From Opitutia bacterium KCR 482 (lineage in GTDB: Bacteria > Verrucomicrobiota > Verrucomicrobiia > Opitutales > Intestinicryptomonadaceae): a stretch of 32,000 bases of DNA. The translations under genes and the position numbers were made by a program. Every line of letters begins with the position of its first letter. Position 1 is the first letter of the stretch. The DNA lies in assembly GCA_029269845.2 (NCBI GenBank), contig CP149973.1, positions 2,040,001 to 2,072,000 of the forward strand, given 5' to 3'. Below, one piece after another: positions 23,689-32,000 of the stretch. Under the pieces are notes generated by a model. The model made no database searches. It saw only the letters and a program-made list of their open reading frames with translations, and had not been told where the DNA came from.

Positions 23689-24293
23689 AAATCAAAATTT
23701 GCGGAGTTTCTAACGTCGGCGACGCCCTGAAAATTTCGGAGTCGGGCGCGGACTATGTCGGACTCATCTTCGCCGAAAAAAGTCCGAGGCTCGTTTCGGA
23801 GTCGGAAGCCCGCGCGATTGCGTCGGCGGGGCTTTCGGCAAAGCTCGTCGGCGTTTTCGTGGATTCGCCCGCCGAATTTGTCCGCCGCGCGGTCGGCGAA
23901 TACGGGCTTGCGGCGGTTCAGCTGCACGGTTCGGAAAACGCCGATTACATAAAGTCGCTGCGCGGCTGCGGCGCGGAAATATGGAGGGCGGTTTGGCTTT
24001 CCTCGCGCGGAGACGTCGCGGCGGCGGCGGAAATCGAGTGCGGAAAACTCGTCGTCGATTCCTCGCGCGGCGCGTCGCGCGGCGGCACGGGGCTTACCGC
24101 AAACTGGGATTTGGCGCGGGAGCTTGCGTCGGTTCGCGACGTATTTTTGGCGGGAGGAATCTCTTTCGCAAACGCCCGCGCCGCAATCGAACAGGTCGCC
24201 CCCTACGGACTCGACCTCAACAGCGCGGTTGAAATATCGCCCCGCAAAAAGGATACGGATTTAATTTCAAAATATTTAAAAACCATAAAATAA
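23685..24293 (+). CDS. trpF: phosphoribosylanthranilate isomerase
   Basis: KICGV..., ADYVGLIF, VQLHG and GGTG...W...LAGG are present. The GTG start overlaps the trpC TGA as GTGA. Confidence 0.9.
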   Translation: MKIKICGVSNVGDALKISESGADYVGLIFAEKSPRLVSESEARAIASAGLSAKLVGVFVDSPAEFVRRAVGEYGLAAVQLHGSENADYIKSLRGCGAEIWRAVWLSSRGDVAAAAEIECGKLVVDSSRGASRGGTGLTANWDLARELASVRDVFLAGGISFANARAAIEQVAPYGLDLNSAVEISPRKKDTDLISKYLKTIK

Positions 24294-25487
24294 ATGAATA
24301 CGGAAACGAAAAAAGGAAAGTTCGGAATCTACGGCGGACAGTACGTCGCCGAGACCCTCATGAGCGCGCTCAACGAGCTTGAACGCGAATTTTACAACGC
24401 CATCGCCGACCCCGCCTTCAACGCGGAATACGCCGCGCTTCTCAAAGACTACGTTGGCAGGCCGTCGCCGCTTTACTACGCCAAGCGGCTCACGGAATAC
24501 TGCGGCGGCGCGCGCATTTTTCTCAAACGCGAGGACTTGAACCATACGGGCGCGCACAAGGTAAACAACACAATCGGGCAGGTGCTTCTCGCCCGCAGAA
24601 TGGGCAAGCGCAGGCTCATCGCCGAAACGGGCGCGGGCATGCACGGCGTGGCGACGGCGACGGTTGCCGCGCTCTTCGGAATGCCATGCGAGGTCTTCAT
24701 GGGCGCGGAGGACGTAAGGCGTCAGGCGCAGAACGTGGGGCGCATGAAAATGCTCGGCGCAAAGCTCGTGGCGGTCGAGGTCGAACACGGAACGGCGACG
24801 CTAAAAGACGCCATGAACGAGGCTCTCCGCGAGTGGGTCGCGACCGTAGACGATACTTTCTACGTCATAGGCACGGCGGCCGGACCGCACCCGTACCCGA
24901 CGATGGTCAAGGAATTCCAGTCCGTCATCGGGCGCGAGACGAAGGCGCAGATGGCTGAAAAATTCGGGCGTCTGCCCACGCAGGTCGTGGCGTGCGTCGG
25001 CGGCGGAAGCAACGCAATCGGCATGTTCGCGCCGTTTATCGACGAGCCGTCGGTCGCGCTCTACGGAGCGGAGGCGGCGGGCGACGGCGTCGAAACGGGC
25101 AGGCACGCGGCGAGCCTCAGCGCGGGGACGGTCGGCGTCCTCCACGGAAACAAGACCTACCTTTTGCAGGACGAATTCGGGCAGATTCTCGACACGCACT
25201 CGGTGTCGGCGGGGCTTGACTACCCCGGAGTCGGTCCCGAACACTCGCATTTGAGGGACACGGGGCGCGCCCGCTACGTTCCGATTGACGACGAACAGGC
25301 GGTCGACGCGTTCCGGAAACTCTGCCGCTTGGAGGGAATTATCCCCGCGTTGGAGTCGTCGCACGCGGTGGCTCTTGCGATGCGGAACGCGCGTGAGCTT
25401 TCGCAGGACGACGTAATCGTCGTCTCCCTTTCCGGGCGCGGCGACAAGGACATGAATTCCGTAATGGAGTATCTTAACAGAAAATAG
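24294..25487 (+). CDS. trpB: tryptophan synthase beta chain
   Basis: [29 protein letters not shown] (PLP Lys), ETGAGMHG and GGGSNA are present. Confidence 0.97.
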   Translation: MNTETKKGKFGIYGGQYVAETLMSALNELEREFYNAIADPAFNAEYAALLKDYVGRPSPLYYAKRLTEYCGGARIFLKREDLNHTGAHKVNNTIGQVLLARRMGKRRLIAETGAGMHGVATATVAALFGMPCEVFMGAEDVRRQAQNVGRMKMLGAKLVAVEVEHGTATLKDAMNEALREWVATVDDTFYVIGTAAGPHPYPTMVKEFQSVIGRETKAQMAEKFGRLPTQVVACVGGGSNAIGMFAPFIDEPSVALYGAEAAGDGVETGRHAASLSAGTVGVLHGNKTYLLQDEFGQILDTHSVSAGLDYPGVGPEHSHLRDTGRARYVPIDDEQAVDAFRKLCRLEGIIPALESSHAVALAMRNARELSQDDVIVVSLSGRGDKDMNSVMEYLNRK

Positions 25488-25496
25488 GATTTAATA

Positions 25497-26300
25497 ATGA
25501 CTTCAAAGCTTTTTGAAAAACTCGCAAGGGAAAACAGGGCGGCGCTCGTCGTATTCGTAAGCTGCGGCGACCCGAATATCGAATTTTCCGAAAAATTGAT
25601 AGAACGCATCTGCGCGTCGGGCGCGGACATTATCGAACTCGGCGTGCCGTTCTCCGACCCCATGGCGGACGGCAAGACGATTCAGGCGGCGAGCCGCCGC
25701 GCCCTCAACGGCGGCGCGACGCTCGAAAAGGTTGTTGCTCTCGCAAAACGCCTGCGTTCGCGCGGGGTGGAAACGCCGTTCGTGATGTTCTCGTACTTCA
25801 ACCCGATTTTCAAGCTCGGCGTCGAAAAGACCGTAGACGAATGCGCCGCCGCGGGCATTGACTCTCTGCTTGTTGTGGACGTCCCGTTGGAGGAGGCCGA
25901 CGAGGTCGTCTCCGTGGCGTCGCCGAAAGGGATAGAGTTCATACCGCTCGCGGCTCCGACGTCGTCGCCCGACCGCATTCGGAAGATTTCGGAAAAGGGC
26001 GCGGGCTTCCTTTATTACGTAACTGTGGCGGGCGTAACGGGCGCGCGCGGGGCATTGCCAGAGGGCATTGCCGCAAGGCTCGCGGAAGTCCGCAAGGCGT
26101 CGGTTTTGCCGGTGGCGGCGGGCTTCGGAATCTCGAACCCCGAAATGGCGCACGCGGCGGCGGAGAGCGCGGACGCTGTCGTTGTGGGCAGCAAGTTCGT
26201 GGATTTGGCGTACAAGACATACGTCGAACGCGGCGAGGCGGCGGCGTTGGACGCAGCGGCGGACTTCGTCTCGTCGCTTGCGGCGCAGATGAAAAGATAG
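25497..26300 (+). CDS. trpA: tryptophan synthase alpha chain
   Basis: IELGVPFSDPMADGKTIQ, YFNPI, VVDVPLEE and GFGIS are present. Confidence 0.95.
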   Translation: MTSKLFEKLARENRAALVVFVSCGDPNIEFSEKLIERICASGADIIELGVPFSDPMADGKTIQAASRRALNGGATLEKVVALAKRLRSRGVETPFVMFSYFNPIFKLGVEKTVDECAAAGIDSLLVVDVPLEEADEVVSVASPKGIEFIPLAAPTSSPDRIRKISEKGAGFLYYVTVAGVTGARGALPEGIAARLAEVRKASVLPVAAGFGISNPEMAHAAAESADAVVVGSKFVDLAYKTYVERGEAAALDAAADFVSSLAAQMKR

Positions 26301-26330
26301 CATTGCAGGCTCGAATTCCGCAAAACGCAA

Positions 26331-26354
26331 AACCTCCCGCGAGGGAGGTTTTTT
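26331..26354. terminator. bidirectional rho-independent terminator (trp operon and the convergent acyltransferase gene)
   Basis: ACCTCCC (26332-26338) pairs with GGGAGGT (26343-26349) around loop GCGA. A-rich sequence lies upstream, and T-runs follow the stem on both strands. Confidence 0.85.
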
Positions 26355-26418
26355 CGCGCCCGCATGCGCTGACTCCGCGCTTGCCGTTTGGAGGCGGTGT
26401 TTTATTTTGCCCGAACGC

Positions 26419-27405
26419 CTATATCCGCAAAATGCGTTTGCACTTGTCGGGAATGAAGCCGTAGGCATAGGATAATAGGGCAATCACGCACGCAATGTAC
26501 GCAACCGATACCGCGCTTCCCTCGAATCCCGCGCAGTGCGGCTCTATCCACTTCGAGTATGCGCATGCGAAAATATAGTGCGAAACAAATATGAACAACG
26601 AAAGTTTTGCCAGATATTTTGCGCGTCCAGCCGGCATCTTTCGCCCGATTGATTTAGCGAGCCGGAATGCGGGGACGGCGAAGAGCAAAGCCGAGGTTTG
26701 AGAGAATGCGCTTTTGATTGTTTCGTTTTCCGCGAGGAAATACCCTGCGCATGTTATGCAGAAACACGCCGTTGCCGCGCGCAAAAACTTTCCTTCGGTT
26801 TCAATTCGAACTTCATTTAGCGCGGCGTACATTCCCGCCGAGAAAAACACCGCCGACTGCACCGCCATATTGTAGTAGCACGGGGAGACATGAAGCGTCA
26901 TTGCGGCGGTGTCGGCGAATACAAACGCTGGGATTCCGAGGAGGATTAGGCATTTTAGGGCGTTTCGGAAGCGCACGGCAAGGAGCGATATCACCGGGCT
27001 GATTGCAACCATAACGAAGAGGTTTCTGAGATACCACAGCGGCATGTCTGTCGGAGTTGTCGAAAAGCCCAAAATCCACCTTATATAAAAGGCTGTTTTC
27101 GACAGTTCGGGTTTTTGGCATGTCAGCGGGAATATCAGCGCGAAGCATACGATATCCCATATCACCATTGTCGCAACGAGCGAAAAAAACCTGCTTTTTA
27201 GCAGAGTTCCGTATTGCTTGTTCGCGGCGAAAAAACCCGATATGGCAAAGAAAAACGGGACGGCTGTCCGCGTGATGTTTGCGACAAAACCGTTATAAAC
27301 GGGGTCGTTGCGCGTCTCGGCGGGTATGTGTATGAACACGACAAGAATCGCCAATATGTATTTTAGCACATTTACGGCCTTTGAATTTTCTTCCGAAATT
27401 GTCAT
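26419..27405 (-). CDS. acyltransferase family 3 (OafA/NolL-like) integral membrane protein
   Basis: From the ATG at 27405: VNVLKYILAILVVFIHIP...RTAVPFFFAISGFF, followed by about 10 hydrophobic segments. The upstream 64 codons of the listed ORF are Arg-rich and non-coding-looking. Confidence 0.78.
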   Translation of the reverse strand: MTISEENSKAVNVLKYILAILVVFIHIPAETRNDPVYNGFVANITRTAVPFFFAISGFFAANKQYGTLLKSRFFSLVATMVIWDIVCFALIFPLTCQKPELSKTAFYIRWILGFSTTPTDMPLWYLRNLFVMVAISPVISLLAVRFRNALKCLILLGIPAFVFADTAAMTLHVSPCYYNMAVQSAVFFSAGMYAALNEVRIETEGKFLRAATACFCITCAGYFLAENETIKSAFSQTSALLFAVPAFRLAKSIGRKMPAGRAKYLAKLSLFIFVSHYIFACAYSKWIEPHCAGFEGSAVSVAYIACVIALLSYAYGFIPDKCKRILRI

Positions 27406-27562
27406 TATAATGCAAATGTTGGAAGAGGAGCGAAATGTCAATATTTTACGGCGGAAACTCTTGCGGCGGCGGTTCCGCTTTATTCTGGGGCTGCTTCGGG
27501 CGTCGCGGGCGGCGTAATTTACTTTGCTTTTTTTGCCCGATTGTGTAGGGTGGGGGGAGAAA

Positions 27563-29476
27563 ATGAAGTTTATGCTTTCAGTTTTGGGGCGTGGCATTGC
27601 GGCGATGCCCGAATGGTTGGCGAACGCGCTGTGTGTTTCCGTGGGCTGGCTTATTTATTCGTGCCCCTTCGGCAGAATCAGGGTTGCGCACTCGAATATA
27701 TCGCACGCGTTTCCCGACATGCCGCGCGCCGAGCGGCGGAAAATAGCGTTCGAGTCTTGCAGGCGAATGGTCGAGATGGCTCTGTTCGTGCTGGCGAGTC
27801 CGCACCTTTCGAACGAAAACTTGCGCTCGCGTATTTCCGTTAGCGGCTTCGTTTTGTCGGAGCTTGAAAAGCTCGGCTCGAAGCACCGCGCGACGGTTCT
27901 GATGATTCCGCATTTCGCGATGATGGAAACCATCACGATGTTCCCCGTTCTCACCGGCAAAAAGACTCCGCCGACTGGCGTTTTCTACCGCCCCTTCGAC
28001 AGCCCCGCGCTCGAAAGCTGGGTGAAGTCGAGCCGCCAGCGGTTCGGGGTTGAGCTTCTCTCGCGCAAGAAAGGGCTTTTTGCCGCCGTGAAATTCCTCC
28101 GCGCGGAGGGCTGCGTGGCGGTGCTTTTCGACCAGAAAACTTACCACGGGGCGCGTTCGCTTCTGCTCGACAGAATCTGCACGACGACCGAACTTCCGGG
28201 TATTCTCGTAGAGAGCGGAAAGGCGGACTGCGCCGCGTTTTGGGCAACCCGCACGGGCTTTTGGAGGTCGCGCATAGACGGCGTTTATTTCAAGGGCAAA
28301 ACCAAGGAGGAGATTACCGCCGAGGGCGACGCGTGGCTTACCGAAAAACTCCGCTCCGACCCCGTCGCGCGGTACGACTGGCTTTGGCTGCACCGCCGCT
28401 GGCAGTGGTCTACGCGCCCCGCCATGCACGCGCTCGGCTTGGAGCTTGGTGGCGAAACGCTCGACATCGCGCTGAAACTCGCGGGGCGTGCCGAGCTTCC
28501 GCGCAACACGCGCATTTTCATAACTCCGCCCGACTCCTTCCGCAACACGCTTGCGCTTTTGCCGCTCGTGCGCCAGCTTAGGAAGTCGCGCCCCGACGCT
28601 GCGGTTTCGCTGCTTGTGCAAAACAAGTACGCGGTTCTCGTGCGGCTCATGGGCGTTGCCGACGAAGTGATTTCCGTGCCCGACCGCGCCGACGGATTTT
28701 TCGCCCGCGCCCGCGCGTTCCGCCGCCTCTACGAACGCTATCCCGATGTCCACCTCGTCTTCCCCGACTCCTTTGCAGACGACTTCCAGTCTTTGCTCAT
28801 GCGGGCAGACTTCCGTCTGGCGTTGCGCTCGTCGCGCCGCAGATTTTTCATGAAAGGCGTCTATTCGCCCGACGCCGCGCAGTCGGCAGAGCACGTCGCG
28901 CTCGAATACCTCGCGTTCATGCGGAAGTTCGGGCTTCGCGGCGAGCCTGACTATTCCCCGCTCGATCCGTTCGGAAAACCGAAGTCGGGCGGTTTGCGGA
29001 TTGCCGTGCTGTGCGGCGGAGAGGGCGGGCATGCGTGGAGTTCGGAAAAATGGTGCGCTCTTGTGAAGTCGCTTTCGGCTAAGCTTCCCGACGCGAAGTT
29101 CGCAGTATTCGGCGGAGAGTCCGACTCGCGCACGGCGTTCGAAATCGCGAAATGCGCCGAGTTCGCCGAAATCGAAAACTTCGCGGGGAAGCTCGACACC
29201 GCCGCGAGCGTCGAAAAAATCGCCGAATGCACGCTTGCCGTCGGCACCGACTGCAACGAGCTTCACATCGCAAACGCCCTCGGTCTTGAAACCGTCGCGA
29301 TTTACGGCGCGACAAACCCGCTAAGAAACGGCTTTGCATTCGACGCCCCGCATGTCGAAATCGTGCCCGACGGCTGCCCCTTGCAGGGCGGCGGAGACGT
29401 GCGCGGGGTTTCGGTCGCGCAGGTCGAAAACGCGGTTTTATCATTCGCAAATAAAAACAAAGGAGAATTATCATGA
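27563..29476 (+). CDS. fusion protein: LpxL/HtrB-type lipid A acyltransferase domain plus GT9 (heptosyltransferase-like) glycosyltransferase domain
   Basis: The ATG at 27563 is preceded by GGGGGGAGAAA. The N-terminal domain has IPHFAMMET (H-x4-E), VLFDQK and [10 protein letters not shown]. The C-terminal domain has [30 protein letters not shown]...[26 protein letters not shown], resembling the GT9 gnDSG.mHlAaA.g.P.v.ifGpT.P block. Confidence 0.78.
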   Translation: MKFMLSVLGRGIAAMPEWLANALCVSVGWLIYSCPFGRIRVAHSNISHAFPDMPRAERRKIAFESCRRMVEMALFVLASPHLSNENLRSRISVSGFVLSELEKLGSKHRATVLMIPHFAMMETITMFPVLTGKKTPPTGVFYRPFDSPALESWVKSSRQRFGVELLSRKKGLFAAVKFLRAEGCVAVLFDQKTYHGARSLLLDRICTTTELPGILVESGKADCAAFWATRTGFWRSRIDGVYFKGKTKEEITAEGDAWLTEKLRSDPVARYDWLWLHRRWQWSTRPAMHALGLELGGETLDIALKLAGRAELPRNTRIFITPPDSFRNTLALLPLVRQLRKSRPDAAVSLLVQNKYAVLVRLMGVADEVISVPDRADGFFARARAFRRLYERYPDVHLVFPDSFADDFQSLLMRADFRLALRSSRRRFFMKGVYSPDAAQSAEHVALEYLAFMRKFGLRGEPDYSPLDPFGKPKSGGLRIAVLCGGEGGHAWSSEKWCALVKSLSAKLPDAKFAVFGGESDSRTAFEIAKCAEFAEIENFAGKLDTAASVEKIAECTLAVGTDCNELHIANALGLETVAIYGATNPLRNGFAFDAPHVEIVPDGCPLQGGGDVRGVSVAQVENAVLSFANKNKGELS

Positions 29477-30657
29477 CGAAAATCGGAACGCCGTACAAAT
29501 CCAATTCCACAAAGGCAATGCTGCTCGGCAGCGGCGAATTGGGCAGGGAGGTGGCGATTGAGCTGAAACGCCTCGGCGTGGAGGTCATAGCCGTAGACAG
29601 GTACGCCGACGCCCCCGCAATGCAGGTCGCCGACCGCTCGCATGTGATTTCAATGCTCGACGCCGACGCGCTCGAAAAACTCGTCCTTTCCGAAAAGCCC
29701 GACTACATCATTCCCGAAGTCGAGGCGATTGCTACCTCCAAACTGCTCGAACTCGAAGCCCGCGGATTCAATGTCGTGCCGACCGCCAGGGCGGTCAACC
29801 TCACAATGAACCGCGAGGGCATACGCACGCTCGCCGCCGAAACAGTCGGGCTGAAAACGTCGCCTTACGCGTTCGCCTCCACACGCGCGGAGTTCGACGC
29901 CGCGTTGGAAAAAATCGGCATGCCCTGCGTTGTGAAGCCCATCATGAGCTCGTCGGGGCACGGGCAGAGCGTTGTGCGCTCGGCGGCGGACGTCGGGCAC
30001 GCGTGGGAGTATTCTCAGTCGGGCGGCCGCGCGGGCGGCGGGCGCGTGATTGTCGAGGGCTTTGTGGATTTCGACTACGAAATTACTCTGCTTACCGTAC
30101 GCCACAGCGGCGGAACTTCGTTCTGCGAGCCGATAGGGCACAGGCAGGTTGACGGCGACTACCGCCAGAGCTGGCAGCCGTACCCGATGTCGCAAAAGGC
30201 TCTCGAAGCCGCGCGGGAATGCGCAAAGAAAATTACCGACGCGCTCGGCGGATACGGAATTTTCGGCGTCGAGATGTTCGTCAGGGGCGACGAAGTTCTG
30301 TTCAGCGAAGTCTCGCCGCGCCCGCACGACACGGGCATGGTCACGATGATTTCGCAAAACTTTTCGCAGTTCGCGTTGCACGCCCGCGCAATTTTGGGCA
30401 TTCCGATTGCGAAAATCGAAAACTACGGGGCGTCGGCAAGCAGGGCGGTCGTCGTGGAGGGAAAGTCGGACATGCTTGAATATTCGGGCTTGGAAAAGGT
30501 TCTTTCGCGCCCGCTTACCGACATGCGCCTTTTCGGCAAGCCGAGCGTTGACGGACACCGCAGAATGGGCGTTTTGCTCGCGCGGCGCGGCACTATAAAA
30601 GAGGCTGACGCAATTACGGAGGAAATGCTAGCCGACCTGAAAATCAAACTGCTCTGA
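29473..30657 (+). CDS. purT: formate-dependent phosphoribosylglycinamide formyltransferase (GAR transformylase 2)
   Basis: It is near-collinear with E. coli PurT: [76 protein letters not shown] and [15 protein letters not shown]. It has an ATGA overlap with the upstream gene. Confidence 0.96.
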   Translation: MTKIGTPYKSNSTKAMLLGSGELGREVAIELKRLGVEVIAVDRYADAPAMQVADRSHVISMLDADALEKLVLSEKPDYIIPEVEAIATSKLLELEARGFNVVPTARAVNLTMNREGIRTLAAETVGLKTSPYAFASTRAEFDAALEKIGMPCVVKPIMSSSGHGQSVVRSAADVGHAWEYSQSGGRAGGGRVIVEGFVDFDYEITLLTVRHSGGTSFCEPIGHRQVDGDYRQSWQPYPMSQKALEAARECAKKITDALGGYGIFGVEMFVRGDEVLFSEVSPRPHDTGMVTMISQNFSQFALHARAILGIPIAKIENYGASASRAVVVEGKSDMLEYSGLEKVLSRPLTDMRLFGKPSVDGHRRMGVLLARRGTIKEADAITEEMLADLKIKLL

Positions 30658-30670
30658 TTTTCCGCAAAAC

Positions 30671-30712
30671 AAAAAACGCCGCGCCCGCTGTTTGCGAATG
30701 CGGCGTTTTTTT
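30671..30712. terminator. bidirectional terminator between purT and the convergent small ORF
   Basis: A6 is followed by CGCCGC (30677-30682) pairing with GCGGCG (30700-30705), with a partly paired 17-nt loop. T7 follows at 30706-30712. Confidence 0.7.
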
Positions 30713-30731
30713 GCGCGGCTTGCGCCGCAGT

Positions 30732-30920
30732 TTATGCCCTCGAAAATTTGAGCGAGCCGCGGGCGTCGTAGACGTATGTGCGCATGCCTCTTTTCACGGA
30801 AACCGTCGCCGACGTGTAGCCTACGAGCGTGCCGATTTTCGTGAACAGCAGCGCGTTCTTTTCGTTGTAGACGTAGACTTGCGAGCCGTTTTGCCTGCAA
30901 AATGCGATTGTCCTTTCCAT
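30732..30920 (-). CDS. small hypothetical protein (62 aa) with an internal two-fold repeat
   Basis: MERTIAFCRQNGSQVYVYNEKNALLF / SVKRGMRTYVYDARGSLKF contains two YVY[ND]xxx beta-hairpin-like halves. Its ATG lies 3 nt after the stop of the upstream multidomain gene. A terminator follows. Confidence 0.55.
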   Translation of the reverse strand: MERTIAFCRQNGSQVYVYNEKNALLFTKIGTLVGYTSATVSVKRGMRTYVYDARGSLKFSRA

Positions 30921-30923
30921 GTC

Positions 30924-32000
30924 CTATTTCCCCCGCTTGCAGGCGTTTTCTACCTCCGTCTTGACCCGCGCGGCGAAGTCGGCGTAGGGCTCGCCTTCGT
31001 TTGCGGTCATTGGCGGCAGGTAGCGGACTCCTATTTTTGCGCCGAAAGTCGGGAGCGTTGCGTTCGATTTCACCGCTTCGAACGCGCCCGTAATCGCCAC
31101 AGGCACGACCGCCACTCCCATTTCCTTTGCGATAATCGCGAAAGTCTGTTTGAACTCCGCAACTGCGCCGTCTTTCGTGCGCGTGCCTTCGGGGAATACC
31201 ACAATTCTGTTGCCCTCGCGCACCGCCTCGGCGAGCTTGCGCACCGCCTCAATCACGTTGTCGTTGATGTCCATCACAATTACGTTGCTGCGGTTGGCGT
31301 AGTTCTTTATCCAGCCGCTTTTTATAATGTTGCGGACTTTCGCGAAGAAGTAGGTTTTGTAGATTTGCGTTTTCGAGAACGGCAGCACGACAAAAAGCCC
31401 GTCGAGATAGCTCTGGTGGTTGGGGGCTATGATTACGGGCTTGTCGGTCGCGATGTTTTCGAGCCCCTCGAACGACACTTTGTAGAAGAGCCGCGCGAAA
31501 GTCCTGAAAATGTCGATTGACAGGAAGTGGAAGAAGTTGGGCTTGGGGAGCGTCGGGAACGGCTCGCTTTTGATTATGTCCGACCACGTTATGTTTTTCG
31601 ACTGGTTCTCGAACGAATTGTCGCGGTTGTCGTCGACGAGTTTTGCGAACTCGCGCAGGGACGGGTGCTTTTCGAAGTCGCGCTCGCCGACCTCAACGCC
31701 GTAGTTTTCCTTGACGTAGCACTGGATTGCGATTTTTCCGAGAGAATCCAGCCCCAAGTCCATTTCCATGTGGGCGTCGGGGCGCACGGGCAGGGAGATT
31801 TGGTCGGCGAGGACGCATTTAAGCTCGCGGTATGTTTCGGAGTCCGGCTCCGGGCGCGCGGTTTGCGGCTCGGCGAGGTTTCGGCTTTCGATGTATGTCG
31901 GCAACAGGTGGCGTTTGAGCTTGCCCACGCGCGTGCGCGGAAGCTCGTCTGTTGTCAGCACGAATTTTATGATGCGCTTGTACGACGCCGTCGCGCGGTT
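30924..32000 (-). CDS. multidomain acyl-activating protein (AMP-dependent ligase C-terminus, carrier domain, PlsC-type acyltransferase); 5'-truncated by the window edge
   Basis: The frame is open to nt 32000 (…RATASYKRIIKFVLTTDELPRTRVGKLKR, an AMP-binding C-terminal motif). MEMDLGLDSLGKIAI is a phosphopantetheine Ser context. APNHQSYLDG (HX4D) and VVFPEGTRT are PlsC/AGPAT motifs. Confidence 0.85.
   Translation of the reverse strand, partial: NRATASYKRIIKFVLTTDELPRTRVGKLKRHLLPTYIESRNLAEPQTARPEPDSETYRELKCVLADQISLPVRPDAHMEMDLGLDSLGKIAIQCYVKENYGVEVGERDFEKHPSLREFAKLVDDNRDNSFENQSKNITWSDIIKSEPFPTLPKPNFFHFLSIDIFRTFARLFYKVSFEGLENIATDKPVIIAPNHQSYLDGLFVVLPFSKTQIYKTYFFAKVRNIIKSGWIKNYANRSNVIVMDINDNVIEAVRKLAEAVREGNRIVVFPEGTRTKDGAVAEFKQTFAIIAKEMGVAVVPVAITGAFEAVKSNATLPTFGAKIGVRYLPPMTANEGEPYADFAARVKTEVENACKRGK

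Overview
This is a moderately GC-rich bacterial chromosomal segment, densely coded and mostly housekeeping. The PEP-CTERM protein, the many secreted glycoside-hydrolase-like proteins and the weak Shine-Dalgarno signals suggest a PVC-type or similar lineage, but that is only a guess.

Core genes I recognise:
- A complete, translationally coupled trpEGDCFBA operon (19791-26300).
- rpsA, purT, folE2 and ptsH (HPr).
- A LUD-domain protein, a lipoprotein-type sugar-phosphate isomerase/epimerase, and tRNA-Ser(CGA).

Accessory or unusual content:
1. An 11-codon leader ORF with tandem Trp codons, plus mutually exclusive antiterminator and terminator helices, lies directly upstream of trpE.
2. A tight four-gene minus-strand operon encodes three CD225/dispanin (IFITM-like) paralogs and a DUF2752 protein.
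3. A single ORF fuses an LpxL-type lipid A acyltransferase domain to a GT9 heptosyltransferase domain and is start/stop-coupled to purT.
4. A partial AMP-ligase/ACP/PlsC multidomain protein is followed by a small ORF with an internal repeat.
5. An AT-richer patch next to tRNA-Ser carries an ISL3 transposase remnant, an orphan gene and a PEP-CTERM surface protein.
6. A 398-bp convergent intergenic region is dense in hairpins.
7. A highly charged, low-complexity protein is encoded at 5152-5916.

I saw no CRISPR array, rRNA, intact mobile element or recognisable defence system. Nearly all long opposite-strand ORFs in the track are Arg/Ala-rich shadows of real genes. All family assignments rest on remembered motifs, not on searches.
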